Below, piece after piece: positions 1-11,639 of a stretch of DNA of 64,000 bases. Origin of the DNA: Octopus vulgaris (lineage: Eukaryota); assembly GCA_951406725.2 (NCBI GenBank), contig OX597835.1:35340001-35404000 (forward strand), read 5' to 3'. Below the pieces are notes generated by a model that saw nothing but the letters and a program-made list of their open reading frames with translations, was not told the origin of the DNA and did no database searches. Each line of letters begins with the position of its first letter. The stretch's first letter is position 1. The position numbers were made by a program, and so were the translations under genes.

Positions 1-149
1 CGTCAATCACGTGCCTCTTCGCCCATTCTATAAATAAACCACGATACAATAAGGAAATTCCTATAAATGACTAATTCTCTAAACCACAACATTCTTCTAT
101 ATCCATTACAATTATCAAGAATTCTATGCAATTATCCACATAGATATCT

Positions 150-470
150 ACTAAAAGATTTTATCAACACAAGAATGGAGCGGAAAATTTCAAACAACAA
201 CAAGAATTACAATCACTCTCAGACCTAAATTTTCTTACAACTCAAACCAGTATTGTGTACAAACATTTATGAACCTTTAAACAGCACATCACCATCCAGC
301 AAGCTCAACAGCTCTATACAAAATGCATTCTGATTTGTCATAAGGTAATCGTGAATCAACATATTGCGATTTGAATGACACACCTGCCTCGTGAACCCTT
401 GTACAAGTTAACTCATAACACCTTACTTATAGAATATTTAGGTGTCACAATGTAAATAACAATTAACCAT
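150..470 (+). mobile_element. Highly decayed non-LTR retrotransposon (CR1/L2-like) RT C-terminal fragment
   Basis: Broken reading frames give LQ..SDL, KCILI and YLGVTM in the order expected for the LQxDL...KC...YLGV stretch of LINE ORF2; many stops and frameshifts. Confidence 0.3.
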
Positions 471-556
471 ATAGAAACACTCTCTTTTGCTTGTGTCCTG
501 CCTATATGAATTAGACAAGAGAGTTTGTTGAGAAAATTGTTTTGACAGAAACTTAT

Positions 557-1143
557 TACCTATTTCTTTACTACCCACAAGGGGCTAAAGACAGAGAGGA
601 CAAACAAGGACAGACAGACGGATTAAGTCGATTATATCGACCCCAGTGCGTAACTGGTACTTATTTAATCGACCCCGAAAGGATGAAAGGCAAAGTCGAC
701 CTCGGCGGAATTTGAACTCAGAACGTAACGGCAGACGAAATACCTATTTCTTTACTACCTACAAGGGGCTAAACACAGAGGGGACAAACAAGGACAGACA
801 AATGGATTAAGTCGATTATATCGACCACACTGTGTAACAGGTAATTATTTATCGATCCCGAAAGGATGAAAGGCAAAGTCGACCTCGGCGGAATTTGAAG
901 TCAGAACGTAACGGCAGACGAATACCTATTTCTTTACTAAGGGCTAAACACAGAGGGGACAAACAAGGATAGACAAAGGGATTAAGTCGATTACATCGAC
1001 CCCAGTGCGTAACTGGTACTTATTTAATCGACCCCGAAAGGATGAAAGGCAAAGTCGACCTCGGCGGAATTTGAACTCAGAACGTAGCGACAGACGAAAT
1101 ACTGCTGAGCATTTCGCCCGGCGTGCTAACGTTTCTGCCAGCT
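557..1143 (-). mobile_element. SINE family A (tRNA-like head), tandem array of 3 units
   Basis: Units start at 557, 741 and 923 (spacing 184 and 182 nt). The minus strand has head AGCTGGCAGAAACGTTAGC, B-box GAGTTCAAATTCC and body GACTTTGCCTTTCATCCTTTCGGGGTCGAT, with many other copies in the window. Confidence 0.9.
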
Positions 1144-1261
1144 TTTATCAATTCAATAATGAAAAATAAAATTACACCATTTAGAAAAATTACATATTAT
1201 AGAAAGATTAAATATAAGATAAAACATATATTGAATTGATAAAAGGTGTTTTTTTCCTAAT
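1142..1261. repeat. Short AT-rich cassette with a 17-bp inverted terminal copy
   Basis: CTTTTATCAATTCAATA (1142-1158) pairs with TATTGAATTGATAAAAG (1229-1245). The same family recurs at about 62077-62180. Confidence 0.7.
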
Positions 1262-1271
1262 ATATATACAT

Positions 1272-1340
<69 letters not shown>

Positions 1341-1393
1341 TACATAAATAAATAAATATATATATATATATACATACATAAATAAATAAATGA

Positions 1394-1424
<31 letters not shown>

Positions 1425-1488
1425 TTCGTGAAAATTGATTTAGTATTTATAAATTGAATTTTCCCCTGTAAGTTTGGAATAATATTCC

Positions 1489-1657
<169 letters not shown>

Positions 1658-1666
1658 GTATGTAGT

Positions 1667-1984
1667 GAGGGCGCGTGGCTTAGTGGTTAGGGCATTCGGC
1701 TCATGATCGTAAGGTTGTGAGTTCGATTCCCGGCGACGCGTTGTGTCCTTGAGCAAGACACTTTATTTCACGTTGCTCCAGTCCACTCAGCTGGCAAAAA
1801 TGAGTTGTACTTGTATTTCAAAGGGTCAGCCTTGTTACTCTCTGTGTCACGCTGATTATCCCCGAGAACTACGTTAAGGGTACACGTGTCTGTGGAATGC
1901 TTAGCCATTTGCACGTTAATTTCACGAGCAAGCTGTTCCGTTGATCGTATCAGCTGGGACCCTCGTCGTCGTAACCGGCGGAGT
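1667..1984 (+). mobile_element. SINE family C (tRNA head 1 + CORE-like domain + tail X)
   Basis: A-box TGGCTTAGTGG, B-box GAGTTCGATTCCC, CORE-like TGTGTCCTTGAGCAAGACACTT; tail shared with 54355-54745. Confidence 0.85.
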
Positions 1985-2338
1985 AAAAGCAAGCATATGT
2001 ATGTATATATACTTACATGAACGGATGACCGGATAAACTGCGAGCAGGCGTTGCCATGCAAAAAGAAACATTAAAAAGCAATGGTTATGAACCCTCCTCC
2101 ATCTTTACAAAAGGTGTCATTGACGCCATATTTCATGATATTTTAATTATAATAATTGATTAACATTCATTTATAGAATTACAATAAATATAAAGAGAGG
2201 TGAAGTGGGAGCTGAGTGGTTTGATGTTGGTGGTGGTGGGACTTGGACGCTTCATTAAATTAATTAAAACGATTTAGAAATGAATTATTTATAAAAAAAA
2301 TACTTAGATCAATATGTCCGTTAAGTGACACACTACAT

Positions 2339-2686
2339 CAGAGGTTCTCAACCTGAGTCGGTACGGCCCCTGTGGGTCCATATAAAACTTTTGTGGGGGA
2401 TCACGCAACAAAATAGTAAATTGGGCACCCACAATAATGTTTTAAGGGCTCCAGAAAAATTTTTGCTTTAGATGTATGTATTGCTAAAAACAGCAGTGTT
2501 TCCAACATTTTACATAGGTCAACCTACACTGAAGTGTGGACAACAAAATAGAAATTTGGAAAGAAGTTTCTAGAAAACTAGTTTTTAAACCTCGAATGGC
2601 TAGGGGGGAGTCCACCAGAATGAAATAGTAACCTAAGAGGTCCATAAGTCACCCCCCCCCCAAAAAAAAACAGTTGAGGACCCATG
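2339..2686. mobile_element. hAT/Charlie-type MITE
   Basis: Imperfect TIRs CAGAGGTTCTCAACCT / CAGTTGAGGACCCATG, with an 8-bp TSD-like pair CACTACAT (2331-2338) / CTCTACAT (2687-2694). Confidence 0.75.
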
Positions 2687-3060
2687 CTCTACATAGTCAC
2701 TTGAATCTGATAGAAACAGCAGCAAAATAACCCTTAAATCATATTCTACTATCATTAAAAAAACACGTTAGAAATTGTAGCCTTAGATACATTATGCCTG
2801 AAAATTAAACGACCCCCACGAAAATCAGAGAGTATGTCCGTTGCTAAAATGTCTTCGAATATAAATTTACTCATTTCAGATCGATGTAGGTTTAAACAAC
2901 AGGCCTGGAAGCAAGAAATTAGCGAGGGATGCTTCACGCTCTCCCTCCTTCTCTCGGATTCACATTTTCTAACTCACTGTGCCAGTGCTTTACTCAACAC
3001 TTGAACACACTAATCGACATGTAGCTCATAATATTACTCAAAAATATTAAATATATATAA

Positions 3061-3120
<60 letters not shown>

Positions 3121-3339
3121 TTAATAGTAAGGGAATATAAAAGAGTTCCAAGCCAACAGCGAAAAAATTCAGTTTAGCACACTAAATTCACAATATATTA
3201 TATATATAGAGAAAAACCGCTATTTAGTTATTCAATCAATACTGAAACGATATGCATGTATGTGTATATGCGTGTGTTTGTATGTATGTATGTGTGTGTG
3301 TGTGTCTGTGGTCCAGAACTGAACCACCCACGCACTAAA

Positions 3340-3500
3340 GAACAAAAGAACAAAAACCAAAAAACAGAGGTAGGTGAGTGAACAGCAAACAAGGTGTATT
3401 AGTTTGACGCTGAGGAAAACTGGAAGAATATTCGACGTTTCAGGCCTACGCTCTTCTCCAGAAAGAAGTGAAAAGAGGAAATAGATGGAGAGAAGAAAAA
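3340..3500 (-). mobile_element. Penelope-pLTR-like cassette (family of 17900 and 27850) with a decayed hammerhead-like motif
   Basis: Minus strand reads CTGGAGA-A-GAGCGTAGGCCT-GAAACGTC at about 3429-3465; flanks align with 27850-28030. Confidence 0.55.
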
Positions 3501-4011
3501 ATATATAAATGCATAAAGTTTATATGATACACTTCATTTCATTAAACTCAAATTTGCTTCTCTAACGAAAAGTGAAATAAGAATGAAAAAGTTAATACCG
3601 ATTCCGTCACAATAGAAGGAATCAATAATTGTGATGATTCGAAGAATTCTAACCGAACCGACCAACTATGATTCTCCATTATTAATGAATCTTGTCCATA
3701 AGTGTGCGGAGGTGAGTAAACCGTTATCTAATCCAGCATGCTGGAGTTCGTGTACAACACGTCATTGAAGATGGGTAGAATTAAATGTCTTCTTATAAAC
3801 AGCAAAACTACGGAAGAACCGCAGCTACATTTGCATCTTCAACTGTGTTAGTTAATTCCACAGAGAAGAAGATATATTAAGGGTTTATTCTTATTATCTT
3901 TTCGATCTGCCTCTCTGCTCGCTTGCTTCTCTGGTCTCCGCTCGTCCGTCCGTCCTCCTCTACTCCATGTCCCTCTCTCTCCATCTCCCCTCGCATTTTC
4001 TCTATATATTT

Positions 4012-4155
4012 GTACATGTCGTGGCTGGGTGGTACGAAGCTTGCTTCCCATCCACACGGTTCTGGGTTCAGTCCCACTGCGTAGCGCCTTGGGTGTCATC
4101 TACTATAGTCTTGGACCGACCAAAACCTTGTGCGTCGATTTGGTAGACGGAAGTT
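4012..4155 (+). mobile_element. SINE family B, 5' half
   Basis: GGTTCAGTCCCACTGCGT...CCTTGGG...GATTTGGTAGACGGAA matches the full copy at 36438. Confidence 0.8.
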
Positions 4156-4199
4156 CCAGAGCTTAGAACTAGTTGTTAAATCCAGATATATTTGTCATT

Positions 4200-4512
4200 A
4201 TTCTTCTCTTTAGTTCCTTCCTCATTTGCTCGACGTTATTTCAGCCAGGGTTCAGAGCTGGCCAATCTTTCAGTACAGTAATACCTTGGTCAGCCAGACT
4301 CTGTTGTGTTGCACGCGATCTGTGGCATAGAGCTCCATCATACTGAAAAATCTCCCCTTCATCCAAGTCTGGTATCAAATTGTCCTTCAGAAACTGGATG
4401 TATTTGACACTTATCAAGTTACCGTAAATTTTAACCAACTTTCTTGAACCATCACATTTTACATATCTCAAAAGCATCAGACTCCTATCCCCAAACCTGG
4501 GTCGTTTCGCTT
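4200..4512 (-). pseudogene. Tc1-family transposase catalytic fragment (inverted copy)
   Basis: Translates to KYIQFLKDNLIPDLDEGEIFQYDGALCHRSRATQQSLADQGITVLKDWPALNPG; it is the reverse-complement homolog of 4547-4892. Confidence 0.85.
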
Positions 4513-4546
4513 TCCTAGAGGCCTGGCAAATTCTCACTTATGGGTA

Positions 4547-4892
4547 AGCGAAACGACCTAAGTTACACAATGAAAACAGTGAAGTTTGGGAGTAAGAGTC
4601 TGATGTTTTGGGGATACATAAAAAGTGATGGTTCAAGAATGTTGGTTAAAATTGACGGTAACTTGAACAGTGTCAAATATATCCAGTTGCTGAAAGACAA
4701 TTTGACACCAGACTTGGACGAAGGTGAGATTTTTCAGTACGATGGTGGTCCATGCCACAAATGACGTGCAACACAACAGAGTCTGGCTGATGAAGGTGTT
4801 ACCGTATTGAAAGATTGGCTGGATCAGAGCCCTGCTTTATATATCATCGAGCAAATGTGGACAGAACTAAAGAGAAGAGTTCGTCAGAAGAA
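4547..4892 (+). pseudogene. Tc1-family transposase catalytic fragment
   Basis: TVKFGSKSLMFWG...FQYDGGPCH*...WLDQSPALYIIEQMWTELKRRV matches the Tc1 TVKHGGG / FQQDNAPCH / WPxQSPDLNPIE motifs; one internal stop. Confidence 0.9.
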
Positions 4893-5165
4893 ATATATAT
4901 TCTTTCACTCCACAAACATGTTTGCTGTGGAATGATTCTGATTAAATATACGCAAGGTTGAAATGAACGATGGGGTCGCGTTCACAAATAATCTTTCGAG
5001 TGAACTTTCGTTATTTTTCCCTCTATACCGACGTGTAATGTTTTCGAGTATACATTGTCTAGGAGACTCTTCTTAAAGTAGAAGAAATAGCTAAATTCTT
5101 TGGCTGCTATTTCTAAAAGTTCATTGTGTGGTAAAGCAATTTTTTTGCTGAACCCTATTTTATAA

Positions 5166-5200
<35 letters not shown>

Positions 5201-5202
<2 letters not shown>

Positions 5203-5485
5203 ATTGCATCTAGAAAGTTACCCTCCGAGGTACAAGTCCGGGCAAGGTTGTTTATGGAAGGCCAGCAGTCGCACATGCATACCAGCTTCCCCTCTCCACA
5301 CCACTGATGTTATCCAAAGGAAAGGCAAAGGCCGATACAGCTTGGCGCCTTTGACATCGCAACTCATTTCTACAGCTGAGTGAACTGGAGCAACGTGAAA
5401 TAAAGTGTCTTGCTCAAGAACACAACACGCAGACCGGTCCGGGAATCGAACTCACAACCTCACGATCGTAAGCTCGACTCTCTAC
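5201..5485 (-). mobile_element. SINE family C (head 1 + tail W)
   Basis: Minus strand has GTGAGTTCGATTCCCGG and TGTGTTCTTGAGCAAGACACTTTATTTCACGTTGCTCCAG as in the 1667 copy, but an unrelated 3' half. Confidence 0.8.
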
Positions 5486-5540
5486 GACTGTATATCTATG
5501 GTATGTATACGTATTTCTCATTCATTTACGATTGGTTTTC

Positions 5541-5568
5541 TCTACTGACGATTGGAAAACGTTTTAGA
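5541..5568 (+). ncRNA. Minimal type I hammerhead-like motif
   Basis: TCTA-CTGACGA-TTG-GAAA-ACGT-TT-TAGA: 4-bp helix I, intact core, no helix II, palindromic helix III, AATAAA downstream. Confidence 0.55.
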
Positions 5569-6149
5569 TATCGCAAACCTTGAAATCTTAGGATATAGGG
5601 TTGTACACAATATTTTAATAAATATTTTAGTGGATGTTTCGCATCGCTCGACCCCAAGTAAAAGAGTAAAGATTAAAGAAGGGGTTTAAGTGTCTAAGAT
5701 ATGTATATAAACGCATGCACATACACACACATATATACACATACACACACACACCCATATATATGCATACACACACTCACACACACACACTCACACACAC
5801 ACACGTATATATATACGTATATATTTATATGTATATATATATATATAAATATATATTCATATGTATATCTATAAATGTATATATATGTATTCATATATAT
5901 ATCTATAAACGTATGCGCACGTGCACACACATACACACACACACGCACAAACGCGTACGAACAAAACAGAGTTAGAAAAACAACATGGACTTGTTATAGA
6001 GCATCAGTCCTGAGTTAACTGAAACGCAGTGGCCACGGTTGGAATGCTTTTCATATTGAAAATCTCCTGGATGAAAGATTTTCTGGATCTGAACAGTAAC
6101 AACATTGAGTGGTTCATATAATCTATAGAGACTTAGCAACAATGTAGGT

Positions 6150-6189
<40 letters not shown>

Positions 6190-6425
6190 CGTGGTGTTAG
6201 AAGCAGTAACGGTAGCAGTAGTTGTAGTTGTAGGCAGAATTGTTGCTGTTGCAAGGGAGTTGGAGGCGTTGTCGGTTTTGCTCCCTTTTTTGCATTGTTC
6301 CATTGTGTATGCCGAGAAATAGATTCCCCCCTCCCCCTGCATATATACACATATATACACAAACGCACATAGGCTGAGAGAAAAAGTGAGAAACAGTACA
6401 AAGTAAAAAGGAATGTATTTATGCA

Positions 6426-6461
<36 letters not shown>

Positions 6462-6606
6462 TTGTATGTATATTCATATATGCATATATAATTATATGCA
6501 ACATCACACATACATACATAGATATATGTCTGTGTGTATGTATGTGTGTATATATATATATATGCATATATTTGTATATACATATATATGTGCGTGTGTG
6601 TGAAGG

Positions 6607-6666
<60 letters not shown>

Positions 6667-7017
6667 CATACAAACACATATATGTGAAATTGAGCAAAGA
6701 CGTTCATTGACGGAGAAAGGTATTTCACTGGCGCAGCAGATACACTGAGATATCACGTGACAGACAAGGAGTGAGAGGCAACAAAATGGACGTCAGGGAT
6801 AAGAAACTTACACTTGAATATTCTCACATTTTACCACTTAAACACTCACACATACGCACATACACACTACAGAAACACATACAAACATACGCAATGACCC
6901 GGAAGAATGAACCAACGAGCACGCTAACGAACACTCGTGTACATACACGCACATATATCTATCTATATGCCTGTCTGTCTGTCTATCCATCTATCTATCC
7001 ATCTATATGTATTATAT

Positions 7018-7092
<75 letters not shown>

Positions 7093-7187
7093 TATGTGTG
7101 TGTATATATAGATATATGTATATGTGTATGTATATATACATGTATATGTATATATACATATATATATATTTATATTTATATCATAAG

Positions 7188-7355
7188 TGCTGGAGCGCAT
7201 GAGCGGCCGTGTCGTAAGAAGATTGCTCCCCAACCACATGGTTCCGAGTTCAGTCCGTCTGCATAGTACCTTGGGTAAGTGTCTTCTCCAATAGACTTGG
7301 GCTGATCAAAGCCTTGTAAGTAGATTTGTTAGACGGAAACTGAAAGAAGCCCGTC

Positions 7356-7393
<38 letters not shown>

Positions 7394-7402
7394 TTATATA
7401 TA

Positions 7403-7447
<45 letters not shown>

Positions 7448-7660
7448 TATTTGTCTGTCTGTGTTTGTTTCCACACAATTCGCTTGACACCCGATGTTGG
7501 TGTGTTTACGTCCCCATAACTTTAACGAGTCGGCAAAACAGACCGATAGAATAAGTACTGAGCTTCCAAAAAGTAAGTCCTGGGGTGGATTTGTTCAACC
7601 AGAAGCGGTGCTGTAGCATGGCTGCAGTCAAATGACTGAAGCAAAGAAAAGAACAAAAGA
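7188..7660 (+). mobile_element. SINE family B, diverged full-length copy with internal (TA)n
   Basis: The 5' half to GAAAGAAGCCCGTCG and the 3' half to AGTCAAATGACTGAAGCAAAG align with 36438-36846. Confidence 0.85.
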
Positions 7661-7778
7661 ATATATATATATACATACACACATATATACATACATATAT
7701 ATATACACACATATATATACACACATATACATATATATACATACACACACACACGTATATATATATATATATATACTT

Positions 7779-8027
7779 GAGGCGCGTGGCTTTGTAGTTA
7801 GTGTGTCAGCATCATGATCGAAAGATTGTGGTTTCGATTCCTCGACCGGGTGTCGCATTGTGTTCTTGAGCAAAGCACTTCATTTCACGTTGCTCCGGTC
7901 CACTCAGCTGGTAAAAATGAGTAACGCTGCGATGGACTGGCGCCCCGTCCAGCTGGGGAACACATACGCCATAGAAGACGGGAAACCGGGCCCACGAGCC
8001 TGGATAGGCTTTAAAAAGGGCGCATTT
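7779..8027 (+). mobile_element. SINE family C (head 1 + tail Z)
   Basis: Head as in the 1667 copy; tail begins GCGATGGACTGGCGCCCCGTCCAG, with a minus-strand relative at about 16545-16650. Confidence 0.8.
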
Positions 8028-8129
8028 ATTTCATATATATATATATATATATATACATACACACAGTTAAGTCCGACGGCTTCTTAGCTAGCTTAAACTT
8101 TGAAGTCACTGTCAACAACAGTCTTGCAT

Positions 8130-8179
8130 AAGAATAAATTTGTGCTCTACAAAACTATAAAGCAACTCATCAGATTCTT
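8130..8179 (-). ncRNA. Decayed hammerhead-like motif
   Basis: AAGAAT-CTGATGA-[GTTGCTTTATA gttt TGTAGAGCAC stem]-AAATTT-ATTCTT: helix I, the 5' core and a long helix II are present, but the G of GAAA is missing. Confidence 0.4.
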
Positions 8180-8831
8180 GTAAATTTGTTTTTATTTCGA
8201 TTGAACCTAAAAGCAAACTTAAATATATGTATGTATCTATACATACGCACACATACCCACAAATATATGCGTGTGTGTCTGTGTGTGTGTATTCATACAC
8301 ATTATATACAATAGTCTTATGCATCGGTAATTGATTGAGTCCCAAGAATGTATAAAGAAAGAAATTCTCACACGCCCACATGTGTGTTGTGTGTCTCGGA
8401 TGTCGCATGCGTTGTGGTATGTGTCATTTTTCAACGGTGTGTGTACTTGTCTATGCGCGCGCACCTATACGTATGTGGTGTGTTTGTGTGTTTGCTTGTA
8501 CGAGAAGGATGCATCACGCATGTATACACACAAGGGTGTGCACATGCGTGGAAGTAAACTACAATGACACGAATAACCGCCGGCGTCCAGGAAGTTTGAA
8601 AATCATGGCATACGTCTCATTCATTCATGCATATCTATTTACACACCTGCATACATGCATACGTATACATACACACATATACACGCAAACAAATCCCATT
8701 ATATATGTATATATATGTATATGCATATATACATGTATGAATGTATGTATGAATGAAAATACGGAGGAATATGCGTATACATGTGTCTGAGGCCACATGT
8801 ATATATGCAGGCATATCTATACATGTATTAG

Positions 8832-8905
<74 letters not shown>

Positions 8906-8994
8906 ACATATACATATGTGTGTGTGTGTATGTATACCTATAACCATAATATTATATATGTTTGCATGCATGTAATATATTTATACCTTACATG

Positions 8995-9034
<40 letters not shown>

Positions 9035-9035
9035 A

Positions 9036-9069
<34 letters not shown>

Positions 9070-9755
9070 GAATGTACGTACACACACGCGCACGCGCACA
9101 CACACACACACACACACACATACGTATATAGGAAATGTAAATAAACCTTTTACTAACAAACCCAGACATCAGCCTCTCTGTGGAAAGTAAACAAAGATGT
9201 TGCATCAGGAAATTTATCTTTTCGTGGACTGAAAATTCTCACAATATTTTCGTCTTGTTCGATATTCATCAGGAGAAATGGAACACTTTACCAAAAAGAA
9301 AAAAGAAACCCCCAAAAGCCTGTCCATTCAGTGATGATTATTTCCCACTTACAGTGTATACAAACTCGATGAGATCTAAAGTGGTTTGTCGAATTTGCCT
9401 AATACTACAGACATTGATGACTACGCACCACACAGCATGAATAAAGAAACTGAAATTTGGTCTAAAGGCTTTTAATACACATAACATTAGCGAATTAATC
9501 GACGTTGTCACCGCTTATACTGCTATGTAAATTAGAATAATTTAGCACTGCACTGTCCGCGTTTATATACAGTGTAAATAGTTGAAGCTATTAATTTCTT
9601 CCGATGAAGGTCAAAAGAAAACGAGAAGTTTCTTAGAACGATCTATTTCCTGTCCGCGGAGTGCTATGCGCTATTGCGGTGTTGCGGCGTAATCAATTTG
9701 GTTACCTTTCGGAGGAAAGGTAAAGTTTGCTTTGCAAGATTCTGTAAGTTAATCC

Positions 9756-9798
<43 letters not shown>

Positions 9799-9823
9799 CT
9801 ATACGTACATATTCATATATATA

Positions 9824-9858
<35 letters not shown>

Positions 9859-9861
<3 letters not shown>

Positions 9862-10080
9862 TTAATAATTAGGATTCAGCAAAGATTTGCTTTACCACAT
9901 ACCGAACTTTAGAAATAGCAGCCAAAAATCCACACAGGCAGAGAGGATTGTTTTCAAGTATTTTGGTTTTTCTGGGAGTCCCTTTTTAAAATAGAAGAAA
10001 TAGCTAACGTTTTTTGGCTGCTATTTCTAAACTTCGGTATGTGGTAAAGCAAATCTTTGCTGAACCCTAATTATTAAGTA
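9859..10080. repeat. 70-bp inverted repeat in a TA-embedded cassette
   Basis: 9859-9928 vs 10011-10080 with 2 mismatches and an 82-nt spacer; the same family occurs at 5060-5160 and 31590-31740. Confidence 0.9.
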
Positions 10081-10176
10081 TTACTTAAGTTTACCGTGAA
10101 ATGGTCCTTTTTTCATGCCGAATTCTACTTGGTGAAATTATTGATTACTTCTTAATTAATTAATTTTACCATTTGT

Positions 10177-10236
<60 letters not shown>

Positions 10237-10239
<3 letters not shown>

Positions 10240-10293
10240 AGCTTCCTGAAGATTTCTCTTGAATGAAACAGTACTAGTCCTGTAGAAGCTCCT
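10237..10293 (+). ncRNA. Type I hammerhead ribozyme candidate
   Basis: AGGAGCTTC-CTGAAGA-TTTCTCTTGAAT-GAAA-CAG TACTAGTC CTG-TA-GAAGCTCCT: perfect 9-bp helix I, intact core, GUA site after 10284. Confidence 0.8.
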
Positions 10294-10371
10294 TCTATAT
10301 AATAAATTAATTTTACTCTGCTATGTATTGAGTACCTTACTTACTGTGGTTAACCCCGAATCAACCCGGGA

Positions 10372-10421
<50 letters not shown>

Positions 10422-10443
10422 ATGTTACATTACTCGGTAGTCA

Positions 10444-10506
10444 AGATAAAACTCTGAGTTTCAGATGCCGAAGTGGAAATCCACAACACCATCTCTTCGG
10501 TTATCT
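10444..10506 (-). ncRNA. Type I hammerhead-like motif, CCGAAGA core variant
   Basis: AGATAA-CCGAAGA-GATG...CATC-T-GAAA-CTCAGAG-TT-TTATCT: 6-bp helix I and a helix II containing an internal GTGG/CCAC hairpin. Confidence 0.55.
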
Positions 10507-10509
10507 GGT

Positions 10510-10580
<71 letters not shown>

Positions 10581-10586
<6 letters not shown>

Positions 10587-10805
10587 CAAAGCAAAGGGTG
10601 GAACGAAAACGTAACAGGTGATAACACAACAATCGGACAGTTAGATAGTTAGATAATACAAAAAGGACGGGGAACAAAATCAAGGAGGGGTCATTTGGAG
10701 CTTTCAATCATCAGTCGAGAAGTAGATCGTCTTTGCAGTTTCGGTCTGTTAATCTCGAGACTGCTCTAATCTAGCTGGCCCCAAAAAAATTTAAGCTAAA
10801 TTTAA
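10581..10805 (-). mobile_element. TA-embedded cassette (family of 15664-15836) with a minimal hammerhead-like core
   Basis: Minus strand CTCGA-CTGATGA-TT-GAAA-GC-TC-CAAATGA at 10691-10719 is homologous to CTCGA-CTGAGGA-AT-GAAA-AC-TC-CGAATGA at 15703-15731. Confidence 0.55.
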
Positions 10806-10836
10806 CATATATATATATATATATATATATATGAGT

Positions 10837-10874
<38 letters not shown>

Positions 10875-10878
<4 letters not shown>

Positions 10879-11080
10879 TTGTGTGTCTGTGTTTGTCCCT
10901 CCAGGATCGCTTGACAACCGATGCTGGTGTGTTTACGTCCCCGTAACTTAGCAGTTTGGCAAAAGAGAACCGATAGAATAAGTACTAGGCTTACAAAGAA
11001 TAAGTCCTGGGGTCGATTTACTCGACTAAAGGTGGTGCTCCAGCATGGCCACATCAAATGACTGAGACAAGTAAAGAGTA
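10875..11080 (+). mobile_element. SINE family B, 3' half
   Basis: GCTTGACAACCGATGCTGGTGTGTTTACGTCCCCGTAACTTAGC...AAATGACTGAGACAAGTAAAGAG. Confidence 0.85.
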
Positions 11081-11639
11081 TAGTATTCCTCAGTAGTGGT
11101 GAAATATCACGTGAAGTACCAGGGTCAATGTAGTCGACCCTCCCCCCACATACACACCAGAATTTCAGGATCTATCCCTTAGTAGAACGAATTGTTATTT
11201 CTAATTTTGAGACAAGGCCAGCGGTTTTAGTAGAAGGGAGAAAATCGATTATATCGATCTCAGAACTCGATTGTTTATTTGTTTTATCGGTCCTGAAGCA
11301 ATGAAAGGTGAAGGTAACATCGATAGAATTTGAAACCGTGAAGTAGACAACCAAAAGAGATGCTGCTAATCGTTTTGTCCGACGTGCTAACGATTCGGAC
11401 AACCCGCCATCGTCATCATCATCGGGTCGAGCTTGCTCGGACATTTTTCTCGGTCGAGCATTAGTTGAGGGAGGTCTTCAGAGGGATGCATCCAGAGTCT
11501 CTGGCAACTTGACCTACGTTAAAATTATAATTTGTCGTCATCTTGAAGGAGTACAAGACCAGAAATCTTGAAACAGTATTACTTCTCAAAGGTTTTTGAC
11601 TTAATCCGCCTCCGTAAAATGGTAAAAAATACTACTAAG

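Noticed and set aside
557-1143. Possible CRISPR-like or satellite array
   Set aside because: The units are whole SINE bodies with no unique spacers, and the context is eukaryotic.
3616-3717. Possible 96-nt exon ending at a consensus donor GAG/GTGAGT
   Set aside because: One frame is open, but there is no polypyrimidine tract at the acceptor and no recognisable protein similarity; it would need RNA-seq support.
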